Source: Amoebophrya sp. A120 | Taxonomy: Eukaryota > Protista > Dinoflagellata | Reading direction: 5' to 3' | Length of the DNA stretch: 64,000 nucleotides | NCBI GenBank assembly: GCA_905178155.1 | Contig: CAJINV010000001.1 | Coordinates: forward strand, 10,658,311 to 10,722,310 | In this document: piece by piece, positions 51,813-64,000 of the stretch | How the letters are laid out: every line of letters starts with the position of its first letter | How positions within the stretch are numbered: the stretch's first letter is position 1 | Translations under genes and position numbers: made by a program | Notes under the pieces: generated by a model | The model's input: the letters and a program-made list of their open reading frames with translations, nothing else | Told to the model about the DNA's origin: nothing | Databases searched by the model: none

Positions 51813-52380
51813 GGCGTTTCCTGTTCCTTCTACTTGCGATGTGAATATTAATATTATACTGGGTAAATTTCTTTATACATAGCCTCCACACAAATACTAC
51901 TTCACTCTGCTATTCTGCTTCTGCAACGAAATCTATTGATAATCGCATCGATATTTTCCTTCACAGTCGTGACCCCTGTATGCAGGCCTGAGCTTTGATT
52001 TCGAGCAGCTTTTCAAAAGCGACAAACTTAGCGATGGCGAGACTTTACTTCTCTGTTTGGGCAAAACAGGACATGCGACGAGTCAAAGCGTCTGCATCAA
52101 AATCATTTTGATATGTCTCGGTTTTACTGGCAGAATTTCAGCGGTGACCTCGATGAAAAGCAATCTAAAATAGATATTGACCTTGTCTGTTACTTCGTTT
52201 GCTTTTCCTTAGCGTGCTTTCGGACCGATATATCCTGCAAACCTTGTGCCTGTCCTTCGCTGGGTGCGGTTTTGCCACAAAAAAACGCCTTTGTTCTTCA
52301 ATTTTACGCCGTGTGATCTCCTGGGGTAGTAGTAGTGATTCCCAGCAAGGGGAGAGAAGGGCGCGCCTACTCTCACCTCA

Positions 52381-53322
52381 CTAACTTTTCACCACTTTCT
52401 TCATCGCGCGTTTGGGTTTGGGCTGTTGGTTCACTTTCTTCTCCTTCGGCTTGCACGCACTCTCATGCGCGACCATCTTGCTAATTCGCAGCGATTCACT
52501 ATGGTCATGAGGCCGCTCCACCCGATTGTCGTGATTGAAGAGAATCTTGTACGTTTTGCATTCCCTGCATCGTAAGAACTCGCAGCCTGCCCGGTTCGTG
52601 AAAAGAGCATCTCGTGGTAGAGCGTTTCGCCAGCCCTTCGCATCCGACCCAAAATAATATCGGCCCGCCCAGTGGTTCCAAAGGTGTTGCTCCGGTCGGT
52701 AGTCGCCTGCTGCTCTGCCTTGTGCGTCTTTTTTCCTTCCTATCCTGATGTATCCACTCTCCCGGTGGACCTGCGCATGTTTTTCCATTGCCCCCGCTGT
52801 GGAGGCGTGCATCAATTCGCATGATTTGCAGAAGATTTTTTTGATATGCGCCGTCGGCCCCCTCGCCATCTTGTCGCGTAGAATGTCGCTGTTCCTCTCG
52901 ATGATCTCACATCGTATCTCCTGATCTTGCTCATTGCTGATTTGCTCGACCTTTTTCATAACTAGCGCCTTGATTTCCGTGTTTGTCGATTTTTTCACCG
53001 CATGTTCTTGCTGCATGTGCGCGATCATCTCCTCCGATGGCCCGCCATCCGTTGTTCCCCACGAGGCCGCCAGCGGATAGTTCTGCTCACACCACATGCA
53101 CTGGCGTTCGGCGTCGAAATGCTCCAGGGCCGACGGCTGTCCTGTCGGGGGCGAGTACACTACATCTTCCGCACTCACACTCGGGTAAACAAAGAAATTC
53201 AAGATAGAGCAGATCCTCGCATCCGCCGCCAAAAGATGAAGACCACGAAACGGCCAAGCAGGGCACCATCTCACAAAGCGGAGCGGTCGAGTCCTGTTCT
53301 TCAAATTGCGCATCAATTTCAA
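52381..53322 (-). CDS. Putative zinc-finger protein (three CxxC...H-H/C clusters) with basic tail
   Basis: CMWC..HMQQEH, CKSC..HAQVH and CREC..HESAC, with tail KPKRAMKKVVKS. True 5' end uncertain. Confidence 0.6.
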   Translation of the reverse strand: MKLMRNLKNRTRPLRFVRWCPAWPFRGLHLLAADARICSILNFFVYPSVSAEDVVYSPPTGQPSALEHFDAERQCMWCEQNYPLAASWGTTDGGPSEEMIAHMQQEHAVKKSTNTEIKALVMKKVEQISNEQDQEIRCEIIERNSDILRDKMARGPTAHIKKIFCKSCELMHASTAGAMEKHAQVHRESGYIRIGRKKDAQGRAAGDYRPEQHLWNHWAGRYYFGSDAKGWRNALPRDALFTNRAGCEFLRCRECKTYKILFNHDNRVERPHDHSESLRISKMVAHESACKPKEKKVNQQPKPKRAMKKVVKS

Positions 53323-53569
53323 TATCGATGCAGCTTACTTTTACAACACGACTTAGCAGAATCAGTACTGGGCTCGGTTCCATCGTTACGAAGCTGAACA
53401 ATGTAGAACACGGGTCTACGAGATCCGCGAAGAAGCAGCAGTCGCCGGCACACGAAGGAATGGGCAGTTTGAAATCAGGAGTACCCACACACCATATTTT
53501 GCCAGCGAAAGATTTATCATAACATGATTTCGCAGTTGGGGTCAGGCACGAAGCTACGATGTGCTTTTC

Positions 53570-54832
53570 TTACATCGACCCCATCATCACCTCGATGTAA
53601 ATCGGGAATGACTGAGCATTACGGCAGTACACATTGAGACCTTTCGTTTTCCATAGCCTGTTATACAGGCCGATCGTCCTAGTATCACACTCGCCGCCAG
53701 AAACTTCACTAACATCGCGTGGGAACATCGGGTAGTCGCCCCCATCGGGCAACTTCGGCGCACCTTGGTAGATCTCGTCGGTTAAAACGAACCGAAAGCT
53801 GGAACGGGCGAGATTCTCCTCGACGAGATTGATCACATACTGGTACGCTGCGTCTTCCACTTTTAACAGAGAATCGACAAAGATCTTGGCGAACTTGGAA
53901 TTGACCCCGTCGCTAGACACCTGATCGGACGAGTTCATGGACGCGCGACCACCTTCGAGTTCGTCCACGAGCTCTCGCATGTACGTGGCGCTATCGACGT
54001 CGAAGTTAAACTCGAGCCGATGCGGGTAGCCGTCTGTTCTAAAGTCGACATGTTCCCGATACCAGCCGCGAGCGTCACGCACTTTGTAACCCTTCGCTTC
54101 TAGCACTTCAAATACCGGGCGGATGTCTGCCGTGGAGCCGTCCGACATTTTCGGCGCGGCCTCGTGCGTAGCTTGTGAGATCTCCAAGATAGACCCACCC
54201 TTGGCGGCAACTTCCCGCGCCAGCTTGAGGAAGTATTCCACAACCCGCTTGTACCCACGGGCACGCTCCACGTCCGACAGACGCTCGAGCTCTGAGCGCA
54301 AGTTCGGCACCGTTTGCAGTTTGGCGGTAGCAGCCGGACCAATGAACTTCTGTACCAACCCGACTACATCTTCGGGAAGGCGTTTCGGTAGGGTCGCACT
54401 GGTCCGTCGACCTCGGAAGATACTAAACTGCCAAGCGTTCACCTGTTTTAAAAAGGTAGAGCCTCAGTGTCAGGGAGCCAGTCGGTATATGCTCATGCGC
54501 AAACGACCTTGATAAGCACTCCCATACAAAAATAAATCATGATGAATGAACATGCCAAGCTCAAAAAAAAAGTAAGCTGCATTGCAGAGCACCTTGGCAG
54601 CCACAACTTGCTTTTCGAAATTCCTGCTGTTCGCATCCTGCAGCGCGCTAATCCATTCGTTGTACTCAAGGCCCGTAGTTTTTTTCTTGTTTGTAGTTTT
54701 TTCCACGTTTTCGTCCGCATGGCGTATGGTGCCGCTTTGTACGAGCAGATCCGAAAACGTCGCTGAACGCGGAGCAGCAACAACAGCCCACGATGCGGAT
54801 CCGGATGCTGTGCTCGAGGAAGAGGAACTCAT
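53570..54832 (-). CDS. Uncharacterised two-exon protein, paralogue of 50596-51812
   Basis: Same exon structure and motifs, including RLPEDVVGLVQKFIG. Confidence 0.8.
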
Positions 54833-55205
54833 GATGTTTCTATTCGCTCCTTCAATGTGAATCTGGGTAAGTTTCTTTACAGCTTCCACACAAATACTTC
54901 AATCTCCTATTCCGCTGCCACAACAAAACACTGATATCGCATGGATATTTTCCTCGACAGTCGTACTTCACCCCTGTATTCAGGGCTGACCTTTGATTTC
55001 GAACAGCTTTTCGAAGGCGATAAGATTCGCGCTTGCGAGACTTTACTTCTCTGCTTGGACAAAAAAGGACATGCGACGAGTCAAAGCTAACAGAACAACA
55101 ATCGAACCCGATCCCGATCTATCACTTTTCTTCCAAAGAAACTACTCTTTGTGAGTTTTCGATCTCCCTCGTTCGTTTTTGAAACTTCAGCTTTTCTTTT
55201 GCCTT

Positions 55206-56735
55206 TTAGACAACTACTGTTCCCAAGCGACAGTCAAGCGGTCCCCGTACCCCGGGATAGCCGCACAAACTCAAGCCACAAATGCTTGCCCAGGTGTGCA
55301 GCAGGTCGGGCTTCGGGTGGTTTGGTGATTTGCGAAACCCAGTGCGGGCAAAGCACTGCGCGAGAAACCGCAGACAGTTTTCCTTATCAGGGATAGGCTC
55401 CCCCAGAAGACCAAGCGCTCCACCGACCCAAAATGTGTAGCAGCAGTCGGCCCGCTTGTCGAAGCGACCCTCAAAACCCCCATTGTCTTCGCGCAACTCC
55501 GCAAGCCGGGCGATTGCAAAACGACGACGCCTCTCTTTTGCTCGTTCCTCGCAGGTGGTCGGAGACAAGGCTGAGATGCAGCTCTGAGTTGCAGCTTCAT
55601 CACTTTTAGGCACTTTCCCTGTCGTTCCTGCAACAGGTTCACAGCGATCATGCAGCCATGCTTCGTCTCCTGGTGCTTTTCGCTGCCGCGCACGTAGCCA
55701 GTTGATGGCTTTTGTGGAATAATAGTCACAAGATTGCTCGCTTTTCCTGTTCTCGCCTTCCTCAGATCCGGCAACCGCTCTTCCACCGTTGTGACCAATC
55801 GCACGTTCATTCCCCAGTACAGCTTGCCTTTCCTCGTAATCTCGCACAATCTCCAGGCATGCTACTGCGCAGAATGAGGCACCACCATGCTCCTCGGTCC
55901 ACGGAGCAATGCCGAACCCCCCCGAAATTCCGCGGCAGCTCAAGGCGTAGTTTTTCATCGACGCTCTGTCGACGTAGTCCCACAGGTCCAATAATTCCGC
56001 AATCACGGCAGCGCAATAGGAGAAGCGCACATCCGTCCCCAGCTCGGAAATGCTGTTTAGAAAACTGCCATCCTCCAGCTGGCAGCGCCGCAGATACTGG
56101 CCTATGGCGCGGCGCTGTGCAGGCGTGATTTTCTCCATGCCGCTCGAAGTGAGCCTTTTTCTTCTAGAGAACCCATGATCATCCAGATGATCTGCGGCGA
56201 TACCAGCCCGGCTGATCTCGGACCGTACTGGACACAGCGGCACTGGATCTGTTCTATTACCACCGGCACCGTTGTCGTCTGCTGTGTCTGTTTCGCTACT
56301 ATCCGGTACTTTTGCAGCAACTACATCCGTTTGTTCTACCTCTCCCTCTGCTTCCCAAACTATGCAGAGTATGACAAGCCCAGCGAACATGTTTGCGATG
56401 GATCTTGGTTGCAACATGTCCTCCTCGATGCTCTCGTCCTCCTCAAAACAGCTACTACTCTCGCTTTCCAGCGTAAACTTGCAGGCCGGGTTGGTGGAAA
56501 CAAACTCCGCAATCTGCGCCTTTTCGCACTCCGTGAACTTGTGGCGCAAAAGTTGCAAACTGGCCACGCAGAAATACAACAAGGTAACCCGATTGGTTTC
56601 CATGGCGGGATGCTGTGGCTGGCGCATTGATTCTAGTAGTCCTTGCCGAAGTTCGTCCAGATTGATTTTGGGCTGCAACTTGTCCTCGGATGCTGGAACG
56701 CCACCATCATGAGGTTGCGGTGTAGTCGGCGCCAT
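55206..56735 (-). CDS. PGGT1B: Geranylgeranyltransferase type I beta subunit
   Basis: NRVTLLYFCVASLQLL, DVRFSYCA, EEHGGASFCAVACL, GFEGRFDKRADCCYTFWVGG and PDLLHT prenyltransferase repeats with Zn ligands D, C and H. Single ORF. Confidence 0.88.
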   Translation of the reverse strand: MAPTTPQPHDGGVPASEDKLQPKINLDELRQGLLESMRQPQHPAMETNRVTLLYFCVASLQLLRHKFTECEKAQIAEFVSTNPACKFTLESESSSCFEEDESIEEDMLQPRSIANMFAGLVILCIVWEAEGEVEQTDVVAAKVPDSSETDTADDNGAGGNRTDPVPLCPVRSEISRAGIAADHLDDHGFSRRKRLTSSGMEKITPAQRRAIGQYLRRCQLEDGSFLNSISELGTDVRFSYCAAVIAELLDLWDYVDRASMKNYALSCRGISGGFGIAPWTEEHGGASFCAVACLEIVRDYEERQAVLGNERAIGHNGGRAVAGSEEGENRKSEQSCDYYSTKAINWLRARQRKAPGDEAWLHDRCEPVAGTTGKVPKSDEAATQSCISALSPTTCEERAKERRRRFAIARLAELREDNGGFEGRFDKRADCCYTFWVGGALGLLGEPIPDKENCLRFLAQCFARTGFRKSPNHPKPDLLHTWASICGLSLCGYPGVRGPLDCRLGTVVV

Positions 56736-57438
56736 TTATATTTCCTAGTTTTGAAAAGAATCCAACTTTATCATTCTTCTTAGTTAGAGAAGTTGCATGC
56801 GGTGCTACGGTGTCTGTTGTTCTATTTTGTACTGATGCGAATGTGATTCTTCCTTCAGTGGCGCTCGGCGGATCTTGCTGAGTAACTACAGTTTCAATGC
56901 GCTCTAACTGATCCCGCTCCAAAGACCACTGGGTTTGAGTTTTAGTACACCCGACATGACCATGCACACCATGTACAAAGCCCGTCCACCTTCGCTTCCG
57001 GCCAGTCAGGCAACAGGCTGAATTCTTGCCATCACCCCATGATCATCATTGAGAAAATTCTTATCAAATGGTGTACACAAAATGAAAGATCCAATCCATC
57101 GCAAGCTGAGTTCAATGTATGAGCACATCGACAAAAATCGAAAATGTGGCAGCGGTTTCATCACAAGAAAATGTCCATATTTTACAGGTCAGAAAAATGC
57201 TAAACTTTCAAACTGAAACTTCATGCTCACGAAATTGAAATGTAATGGGACTCAACAAATCTGCAGAAGTGTATCATCTTCTCTGAACCATATTCAAAAC
57301 AAACAATGAAACTGCTGTAAGTGTATGCAAGAGTGTAAGAAAAACCTACAGTGTAAAAAACAAAAGCTTCTTTCGAAAATCTCAAGTACCAACTTTCAAA
57401 AAACCGTAGACGCTCTCCACTCCCTCCCTTCCCCCTGC

Positions 57439-59353
57439 TCACCAGCACAAACCTTGAAAACAAGCGAGAAACGGCGCCGGCGTCGTCGACGTCAGCACAT
57501 TCCGGTTGTTCAGTTTGTCCAGCGAGGCGCCAAGAAAATCTGCCGCGGCGTCGCCCGCCTGGCCGCCCGCCTGGTGGCCCAATCCCAAACTTTCCACAGC
57601 CCCCGACACCATGTTTCGTGTGGCCCGCGCGGCAATGTCCTTCGGCGTGGGGTCCACTTTCGCCTCCAAGTGCTTCTCCCACCAGGTGCACAGGTCTCCG
57701 ACCGGGTGGTAAAATTCCTCCAGAGCGGGCGGCGGTTCGGACTTTTCTGCTTCCTCCGCCTCCTTCGTCTTCGAGTGCACGCTTTCCACGGGCTCGTTCT
57801 GCTTGGCCTCCGGATCGTCCAGATGGTGCTTCACCTTGGTCAGCAACGCCTTCACGGGCTTCAGTTTCTCTCGTTCCTGCGGCGTCTCCTTGTCGTCATC
57901 CACGTCTTTTCCGTGCAAAATCACCATGGTCAAGTCCTTCAGCAGGTGCTTCACGTTCGTGCCCTTGCTGCTTTTCGGATCGCTCACGACTTCGTACATG
58001 CTCCTCGCGCACTTCTTTGCGCGGCCCTTGGTTTCAAGCTTTGCAGCAAGCCGCACCCGCTTCTCGAAAAACGACGCCAAGAACGACGTCGTCGCTGCAG
58101 CACCCAAAACGTCTTCGTCTGAAGACCCCGAAACATCGGTTGAGCCCAGTACGTCCTCACCCTGGAGGTCGGCTGCAATTCCCTCCGCCGTCGTTTTGGC
58201 ATCTTCCGTCTCACGCCGTGAGGAGGCATTGGCATGATGTTTTCCTGCGTGCTTGTGCTTGTGCCCGTGTCCATGCTTGTGCCCGTGTTCTCCATGATGT
58301 CCGTGTCCTTCTTCCCTGGGCAATGCGCAGAGCAAGCACGCGTTGGCGATTCTGAACGATGACGTTCCCTCGAGACCCACGTCGCCGTGAAGGTCTCCCA
58401 GCACGCCTAGAATCCGTTGCCGCTTCTCCTCATTGCTCTCCGGCCCCTCCTGGACAGCGTGCAGGACGGCGTCGCCCATCGGAGACTTGTTGGCGGCGTC
58501 GGACGCCTGCTTGGCGCCGGTGCGCGTCGCGTTCCCTGCCGCCGAAGCGGCAGCCCCCACGGCACCCGATACTTGTCCGGCCGCGCCAAGCACCCCGCTT
58601 CCCGCGGACTGCAGACCGCCCGCGACAGACGCAACGCCACCCAAAAACGGATTGCCGCCAGCGTCTTCTTTCGCATTCTCCTCCTTTGATGCAGATTCCG
58701 CCACGTCTTTCATGGCAACGCCCAGTACATCGCTGCTTTCGTTGTCCTTGTCCGCATCTGTCTGCTTGTCTCCAGCTTGTTCTGTGCCTTCTTCAGCCTC
58801 CTGGTTTTTTGTAGTTTTGCCATTATGTCTAGTGCGAATGGTCAGCATTTGTAAGTGCCGATGTTGAAGATTACACGGAAAGAAGTCGGACCACAATTAT
58901 TGACTCTGCTCGAATCGGCAAGGGACCGCCGACGCAGCCCTACCTAAAACAAAAAGTCACTACCTGCTCGTCCTTCTTCTCATCCTTTTCTGCACCGTTA
59001 TTTTCGGGCTCTTGTTCCCCTTCCTCGGGCTCTTTCTCATCATCTGCTTTGGCTTTCAACTGCAGCAGTTCGGAATGGATGACCTCCCGGGGCCTCTCGT
59101 CCAGATCGTCGTAAAGCAGGCCCAAACCGTTTCCATAGAAGATCGTCTGCTCCCTCTTCTTCTGCTTGCGATCGGACAGTAGTGAGTCCGTCGGAGGCCT
59201 GTTCCTTGTAGCTTGTTTTGATGATGCACTGGAGCTTCGCTGCGCTAACTCCAGTGAGACCGGGCCGGGAACTGGAAATCCAATCACGCCACCGTACAGC
59301 AAACGGCACAACAGCAAGGCTGCCCGCCGAAAAGATACGGTGCCGGTGGACAT
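57439..59353 (-). CDS. Putative secreted low-complexity protein with acidic, Gly/Ala-rich and His-rich tracts
   Basis: N-terminus RRAALLLCRLLYGGVIG. Exon 1 joins ORF 57439-58896 by GT-AG near 58801-58964. EGHGHHGEHGHKHGHGHKHKH tract. 3' end uncertain. Confidence 0.6.
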
Positions 59354-59840
59354 GTTCTTTTCTTATTTGCGTCTAACGAGAGTAATTCAGCCGCGACATG
59401 TGGCAGTTTTTAAACTTTTGAACGTTAAAACATCGCGCTGAGCGCCATACGCAACAAAAAAATCAGACCTACCGAAACGCGATAAGCGTTAGAAGTGATT
59501 TCATATTTACTGCTTCCATAACGATTCACACACGACACCCCCTTCGTATCAAACGACAAAAATCACGATACCCCTAAAAGAACTTGTGAAACGATTCCAC
59601 GACATGGGCCATTATTTACAGTAAGTTGCATCACGAACACGATGCACAACTTCTACTTGAGTGAATTACGAATTCCTGACGACGCTGTTAGCGCGAACAT
59701 CGATCCAATTCACGCACTTGGCATTTCAGAGACTTTTTGATGCGACATTCACTGCGTCTGGTCCTATTACAGGTTCCTTTTATGCAAGACGTTCCTTTAT
59801 TTTCCGACTGAAAGATGCTGTCACCAACACTACTTGCAAC

Positions 59841-62800
59841 TTAGTCCAAACTGCGCTCGGTTCGGCGGCCGGAAACGTAGTTGTACGAAGATGCAACGGC
59901 AGACCCCCCGAGCAAGCTACTTTCCGACACCCGGCACCGCTTCTCCTGGTCGCACGTCAATGCGAATCGGCCGCAGGTGCAAAATCGCTGGTGCGCGTAG
60001 GGGAAATCTTTCAGCTCCAGAACCCCCGGCGCACTGCCGTTCCACTTGTCGTCCAAAAAGATCTTTAGCTGCATGGTTCGGAAGGCGTGGTCGCCCCACC
60101 GGTCGGTGTACCATCCGTGAAGTGAGTCGACGTAGTGGAAGTAGTCGTAAATTTTCGGGTCGCGAAACCACGGCATGTACATGATTTCGAAGTCCGTCAT
60201 GTACACGTGTCGGTTCCAGCGGTACAGAAAGGTGTTATTCCGAAGAAACGACTCCAGATCGTGCTCCGCAATTTTCGCCTGCAGGTCCAAACCTACATGG
60301 GTTTCCACGAACTCGCGAGACTGGAGGAGGGCAGTAGTTGTTTTTGTGGTTCCTTCTTCATCTCTATTCGCAGTTTTCGGCGTGGTCGCAGTGGTCCTGC
60401 TTTCGTCAAAAATCTTGCCGACCACACTTTCCCGGAATTCCGCGGAGGACGCGAAGAGTTGGTGGTGCATGTCTGGAAGCTCGTTGAACAGGCTGACGTG
60501 GTCCAGATCTTCGCTGGGTGGCTGTTTGTCCTTGTCCGCAAGGTAGAGTTTCGTGTAGTCCCAGAGATAGGCGACCATCGAATCCTTTTCCCGGGTACGG
60601 TGCACATAGGCGTAGACGTGTTGCTCTTCCCGCATTTGCTCTATCGTGTTTGATAGGTAGTCGTCCGCGAAGGAAGAGGGCGTGAGATCACCTGGATGGG
60701 GGGAGTTATTTTTGTTTCGCGGCCATAATTGAAAACACACAACTCAGAACTAATGCATCCAATGACGAGTTTCTCAGGCGAAATCTTGATCTTCACAAAA
60801 GCACCAAGCGAAAGCAAGAACAACTTCTCCGCTTCTAGTACCTGCCGACGCCCCGCCATCCGCAAGTTCGATTTTTGGGAAGTGCGAGTCCGTGTCGAAG
60901 AAAAACAGGAAGTTGTAGTTCTTCAAGGCCGGCTCGTGAAACAGCGGTCCGGACTTCCAGCGACATTGGTGCCGGTAGCCCAGGCTCGCTTCGGACCGGG
61001 ATAGATCGTGCTGCGGTACGGCCGACGTCCAGTCGTCCAGATAGGCGAACCAGACCCGAATCGGCAACGCGCCTTTCACAATCGCTTGCTTATGCTCCCC
61101 GCTGAGCGGCGCGTCGTGAAACACGACCAAGGGGATCGTGTCAAAGACTTTCGGGGAGATATTCTTCAGCGTCTTCAACGGGAAGTCAAGCAGCTCTTGC
61201 AAATTGTGCACCGGCGTGGTCGTGGCGTACACAACATCCACCGCAGCGCGCACGTGGTCCTTGTGCTCACACAAGAGCCCGAAGAACGGCGGAAAACACT
61301 CGCACAAGCCGAGTTGCTCGTGACACTGTCCGCGACCGGACCTTCCGAGAATGTACGCGAAGCCCGGGCGCTCGGGAAACTCGACCACGAGGGGCTCGTC
61401 TGCGGAGGGACTTTCGGCAAGCAGTTTCGCGAAAGAAGGCGGGATCGTGGTGACAGTAGTCGTAGAGACGATGGTGCTGGTGTCGCTTGCCAACGCCGGC
61501 CGGGGTCCAAAGATGTGCTCCCGAGGAGCGCCTGTTGTCTTGCGAAGTGGAAGCGGGATCTGATCAGGCTGGATTGGGTGCGCCGCTCGTCGTGGTGAGT
61601 CCACAGCAGGAGCTCCTGCAGCGTCTATCGCCGCTGCTGTTGCTGGCCAGCGAACGAAGTACCCGTCAAGCAGCCTGTAGCTCAAAGGGTGGCAGTACCA
61701 GCCCTCGCGCCAGAGCCGCTCCGGCACCGTTTCTGTTCGGCCGAACGCAAACAATGCCTTTTTCGCGACGCCGGCGAAATCTGCGTCCGATGCGCGCCAA
61801 TTGTCGGCAGCGGCAGACAGAGTTTGTCGCTGTTTCTCAGAGAGAAGGGAAGTCAATTGAAAAACCGCAAACCCGAACACCACCCTCACTAGCGTGTAGC
61901 GCTTCTTCAGCAGACCCACCACAGCGGCCAGCGACCACTGCGTTTCCCAGATTTCGCGCTCGCGCGCGCGGTGCCAGTGCAATCTCACCTCCACCTCCTC
62001 GCGGTCTGTGTTCACAGCGACGGTTTCGCTGGTTACCTCCGTCAGCGGGTCCGGTGCATCATCGGCGTGCTGGGTTTGCACCACTTCTCCCACCGCCGCA
62101 CCAGCAGCGTTGCTGTTGTTTTCCCAGAGCACGTCTAACGTTTTCATCTGTTTCTTTAAAAACCACGGCCGCCGCACCTCGGTGGGGCCAAAATTTGGGT
62201 TGAAGGGCACGATCAACAGTTTTGGAAACGGCTGTGTCGGTCCCATCCTCCGGCTGAAGATGCGCGGCACCAGGTAGCCCGCGTTGCCGGCGCGCGGGTG
62301 CAAAAAGAGCAAATCCGGCGTCGTCGTGGGAAACGCGTCAAAGACGGAGCAGTTTGCTTTTAGCAACAGCGGCACCGCCGTCTCCGGGCCACTGATTTGC
62401 TCAACGTACTTGCTGCGCGAGTAGGGAGCAACGCGCTCCACCGTACCGGAGAACCGGCTGTCCGCTTGCAGACAGCGGGAAAAGTCGATCAGCAGACTTG
62501 CGGCGGAGATGGCGCGATCAACCCCGCCCGGATCGTTGAACAAAGCCAGGCCCTCACTCGGCGGTTGGTTTGTTCCGGCGACACTCGATGCGCGATTCGT
62601 GCCGAGCTTGGGACACTGCGCTTCCTCCTTGTCCGCGGACACGACGGCATGCAGCTCGGCCTTTCCGAAGTAGTCCTCGAGTGCCTGTCGCAGAATTCCC
62701 CCGACCTCGGGGTCCGCGTCGAGCTGCTCGGGGCGAATTGCGATGAATTGATGGCTCAATTTGTGGTCCCCGATCTCCTCGCGGAGAAACCGCAGGAGAT

Positions 62801-63851
62801 CGAACGCGGGCTGGGCTTGCGGCACCAATTTGGTTTCGTAGCACTCCGGCAAGAGAGGGTTGTACAGCATGGGCGTTCGCAATTCGCTGCGCAGGAAAGT
62901 CGCGAAGAAAGACAGCCGCTGCGGGTCCGCGAGCGAACGGCCGGGGTTCAGCAGCGAGCGGCTCCAACCGAGGACCGTGCCTTGCGTAGTCGAGCGCTTG
63001 GCGAACACCTGCATGAGAAAATAGTTCAGGAGATTCTGTATTCTCTCCAGCTGCACCTGCAGAAATTGCCGCAGCTGCAGTGGCTGCTGCTGCTCTGCTG
63101 GCGGGTTGTTGTTCCCGTCTACGAGGTGATTTCGCAGCACGTCCGTTGTTTGTTGGATCATTTTTTCGCCTGGCAAGACAGACGTGCTGCTTTCTTCTGT
63201 CGTGCCAGTTCTCGCATCCCCGAACTCTAGTCGCAATCCACTGCCGCCGAGCGTTTGTGCGAACCTTTCCAGATCCGTTATGATGTGCCGGAGCACTTCT
63301 CTTCCCTCGGATGCGGGGGCTGCGTGCAACAGCAACATCAGCTCCTCAAAAGAAGAGGTGGTCCCCTGCGCTATACGCTCAGCGGTTTCCTCGGTCGTAA
63401 TGGCAGGAGCTCCTAGAGAAACAATGCCAGCCTCTGTGCTACCAACCGCTTGCAGGTTGGGGGAGCTCGCAGTCTGCTCATCTGCTTTCATCCCTATCTT
63501 TGCCAGTGACAGAAAGTGCCGTAGGTAGCCCAGAAAGCAATGGTAGAGCACGTACACCCCATCTGCTTCGCCCATGTCGCGAAAGGGCCATAGAGCTCGT
63601 ACTGCAGTCTCCCAGAGTCGGTCGATGTGATACACCGCAGTGTGGGCGACCATCCATACCGGCGGTTCCGAAGCGCCGTCATCAGCATCTGCCCGCACAT
63701 GAAGCAGGTCCGTCATTGGTGAGATAGAAGTGTTCAAAAACCAAGTCGATGCACGCAAAAAGGTACACCTGAGCAAGAGGCGAAACAAGCTTGGGCAGCC
63801 ATTTTTGGCCCCCCGCTTTCGAGATCGCGACATGTTGCGCTTCAGTAGCAA
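59841..63851 (-). CDS. Multidomain GT15 (Kre2/Ktr-type) mannosyltransferase with EGF-like module and degenerate FkbM-like region
   Basis: LGYRHQCRWKSG.LFHEPAL, DTDS, TDFEI..WFR..YF.YVDS..GWYTDRWGD. EGF-like GRGQCHEQLGLCECFPPFFGLLCE. N-terminal hydrophobic segment. One intron near 60692-60840. Confidence 0.82.
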
Positions 63852-64000
63852 TTGTGAAGTTTGATGTTCATGTCAGCATAAAGATAGACTTGCATTTTGA
63901 GAAAAGCTTGTACACAACATATTACTTGCGACATGGATCGATTTCTTCTCTAGTCCTTCGGACTTGCTTCTTATTCATGATCCAGCACAGTTACCTTCGT

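Overview
Eukaryotic, gene-dense window with about 18 multi-exon protein genes, all on the minus strand. Short GT-AG introns, unidirectional gene order and TIR-bearing non-canonical introns point to a dinoflagellate-lineage alveolate, most likely the parasite Amoebophrya (inference, no search run). Recognisable genes: Romo1/Mgr2, a DOT1-like methyltransferase plus an apparently identical partial duplicate, a divergent myosin, a Ser/Thr kinase with two NUDIX-like repeats, a membrane pyrophosphatase, RuvBL2, GGTase-I beta and a GT15 mannosyltransferase. Two main discoveries. (1) An intron-containing gene at 782-4238 fuses two cyclic-nucleotide-binding domains to a class II (anthrax edema factor/ExoY-type) nucleotidyl cyclase domain with the catalytic motifs intact, a family classically known from bacterial toxins. 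(2) Thirteen introner-like elements sit in coding sequence. All have TAT...ATA termini and 5-bp target duplications, none fits GT-AG, and they share an internal GCATNACARA motif with roughly helical-turn spacing across different TIR families. Gene models were assembled by hand and all family assignments are from remembered motifs.
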